Source: Squalus acanthias (lineage: Eukaryota). Taken from it: DNA of 64,000 nucleotides. Shown one piece after another: positions 61,455 to 64,000 of the stretch. Position 1 is the first letter of the stretch. Every line of letters begins with the position of its first letter. Made by a program: the position numbers and the translations under genes. Under the pieces are notes generated by a model. That model searched no databases, was not told where the DNA came from, and worked only from the letters and a program-made list of their open reading frames with translations. The DNA is taken from the NCBI GenBank assembly GCA_030390025.1, contig CM059445.1, forward strand, positions 55,924,001 through 55,988,000, given 5' to 3'.

Positions 61455-61590
61455 GTAGATAACATTGACTTGGGTACTGGAGAATAAACTTTTTTTGAAG
61501 GTGGGATGTGGAATGAGACACGATGAACATTTGTTTTGACAGAGAATACTAATCCTGTGCTGATCCCATTTTGTATCTTTGTTTTCCCAG

Positions 61591-61817
61591 AGGAGCACCA
61601 GTGCCTGTGGGCAGACTGTGGGTTCTACTCAGTGGAGAGTTCGGCTGACCTGATCCGTCATGTTTACTTTCACGCCTACCACACCAAACTGAAGCATTGG
61701 GGCCTACAGTCCCTGCAGGCTCAGACCGAACTCGAGCACTGTTTACTGGACCAGCAGAGCCGCAACATCATTCCAGAAATCCCAGAGAGCTTTGTCTGTC
61801 TCTGGGGGCACTGTGAT
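61591..61817 (+). CDS. HINFP: HINFP coding exon 2
   Basis: [42 protein letters not shown]...[20 protein letters not shown], very close to human HINFP. Confidence 0.96.
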
Positions 61818-62745
61818 GTGAGTCACTCATTCAAGTCCCAATCTCGTTTCCGTATCCTGTACTCTCCTTTATTTTAATTTTACCCATGAGATTTTTTTAA
61901 ATGTACTTTCGAGCTTCAGTGTTTTAAAGCATAACAAAATCCTCTATGAACACAACAGGGCCATATTGTGTTTGCTGACCTCCATCGGCTCCCGGTTAAG
62001 TAACGACTTGATTTTTAAAAATTCTTGTTTTCAAATCCCTCCATGGCCTCACCCCTCCTTATCTCTGTAATCTCCTCCAGCCCTATAATTCCCCCTAGAC
62101 CTTTGCACTCTGCCTATTCTGGCCTCTTGAGCATCCCCAATTTTAATGGCTCCACCATTTCCGGTTGTGCCTTCAGCTGCCTAGGCCCTAAGCTCTGGAA
62201 TTCCCTCCCTAAATCTCTCCGCCTCTCTACCTCTCTTTCCTCCTTTTAAGACCCTCCTTAAAACCTACCTCTCTGACCAAGCTTTTGGTCACTTGCCCTA
62301 ACATCTCCTTGTATATCTTGGTGTCAATTATTTTTTTCTTGCTAACGCTCCTGTGAAGCGCCTTGGGACGTTTTATTACGTTAAAGGCGCTGTATAAATA
62401 TAAGTCATATTGTGGTCAGAGAATGTGATGTTGGGTGGGGGGAGGAAAATGTCATTCCCAAACATCCGTGGCGGCTGTAAATTTCTGGCTCCTTTGTTAC
62501 TGGTGCAGCATCTTTATTAATGGATGTGCTTGTCCTGGGGGGTGGGAGGGGCGTGGAAAGCTGCATTGTTTATGAACTATTTCGCAACTTCACTCGCTAG
62601 GAGGGAGGTGACCCGATTCAGGCTGGCTTCCCCTACTGTGTACCAAAGGTGAAACTCGCAGAGATTGCACGTTGCATTTAACAGTTTATCGCCAACCCGT
62701 TGCGCTTTGCCACTTTTTTCAGTCCTGCTATTTTTTTCCTTTTAG

Positions 62746-62857
62746 AGCTCTTTTGAGAATCCGGAATGGTTCTACAGACACGTAGACATGCATGGAATGT
62801 GTTCGGACCGTGACGCAACCACAGACACTAATCTAATCATCCCCTGCTGTTGGAAAG
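62746..62857 (+). CDS. HINFP: HINFP coding exon 3 (gene continues beyond window)
   Basis: SSFENPEWFYRHVDMHGMCSDRDATTDTNLIIPCCWK; AG/GT boundaries. Confidence 0.93.
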
Positions 62858-63227
62858 GTGAGTCCCCCCCTCCCTGGAGTCAGACTGCCCAACAAACTCT
62901 CTGCTTAGTTCCACAGTCTTTATTTTGCAGGCTGACCCCGTGATGAGGTGAAATTTAATGGGAAGGTTCCTTGGTAAGTTAATTATAACCGGCCAAGAGA
63001 TCTTGAGAGAACCTAACCGACTAATTTCAATGAGTACCTTTTAATAAATAACTTTGGTAGCCGGGTAGAAAATTGTCCCCCCCCCTGTTCGAGAAAATGC
63101 AGTAAATGTACTGAAACGACTCCGTTTCACTTCCGAGACTGGGCTTCGCAGCCCCGCGATAGAAGAAAGACTCTCCCAGGTAGTGATTATAGCTGAAGTT
63201 GGGAGGACTGAGTGATCAGGAATAGAA

Positions 63228-63812
63228 AGAAAGAAAGACTTGCATTTATATAGCGTCCAAAGATGTGCGGGTTAGGTTGATTTGGCTATGATAAATTGAC
63301 CCTTAGTGTTGGGATTGGTTACGGGGGTTACGGGGATAGGGTGGGAAATGTGTCGGTGCAGGCTCGATGGGCCGAAATGGCCTCTATCTGCATTGTGGGG
63401 ATTCTGTGATTCTGTGAGGACCACCGGACGTCCCAAAGCGCTTTACAGCCAAGGAAGTACTTTTTGAAGTGTAGTCACTGTTGTAATGTAGGAAACGCTG
63501 CAGCCAGTTTGCGCACAGCAAGCTCCCACAAACAGCAATGTGATAACGACCAGATAATCTATTTTTAGTGATGTTGATTGAGGGATAAATATTGGCCCCA
63601 GGACACTGGGGAGAACTCCCCCTACTCCTCTTCGATATAGTGCCATGGGATCTTTTACATCCACCCGAGAGAACAGACGGAGCCTCGGTTTAACGTCTCA
63701 TCCGAAAGGCAGCACTCCCTCAGCACTGCACTGGGAGTGTCTGCCTAAATTTTTGTGCTCAAGTCTCTGGAGTGGGACTCGAACCCACAACCTCCTGACT
63801 CAGAGGCGAGAG
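63228..63812 (-). mobile_element. Deu-domain SINE interrupted by a V-SINE (63256-63415)
   Basis: similarity to other copies; insert on + strand. Confidence 0.78.
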
Positions 63813-64000
63813 CAACTTGGGCTTTTCCACCCTGAAAAGGAGAGAGCTTCATTGACCATACTAAATGACAAGAAAAGATAAAACCAGAACTTCAAATCAA
63901 TTTAAGCTGCGGCAGTAAGGCAAAGTGGCACAGATTCAAACTAGCCGACAGCAAAATAGCACTAATGTCAGGAAATTCTTAGTGAGCAATACAGGAAACT

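Overview
Vertebrate genomic DNA, very probably from a shark or other cartilaginous fish, inferred from the repeat content: CR1/HER1-type LINEs, HE1-like V-SINEs, Deu-domain SINEs and Penelope remnants. Three + strand intron-containing genes were rebuilt by hand from splice signals and phase. (1) The 3' 13 exons (about 637 aa, 1421-24191) of a large uncharacterised protein. (2) A complete DPAGT1 (9 coding exons, 406 aa, 30278-45448) with a ZNF143/NRF1/YY1-type CpG promoter. (3) The 5' part of HINFP (CCAAT-rich promoter at about 51.4 kb, coding exons from 57815). Most ORFs in the supplied track are repeat- or minisatellite-derived. The most striking signal is two families of minimal hammerhead-ribozyme motifs carried by Penelope-like ends. 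One family occurs three times as ~200-bp insertions with target-site duplications, made of two head-to-head ribozyme arms. Also present: nested PIF/Harbinger-like, hAT-like and Tc1/pogo-like MITEs, a small solo LTR, a palindrome-rich element containing a perfect 58-bp palindrome upstream of HINFP, and two minisatellites.
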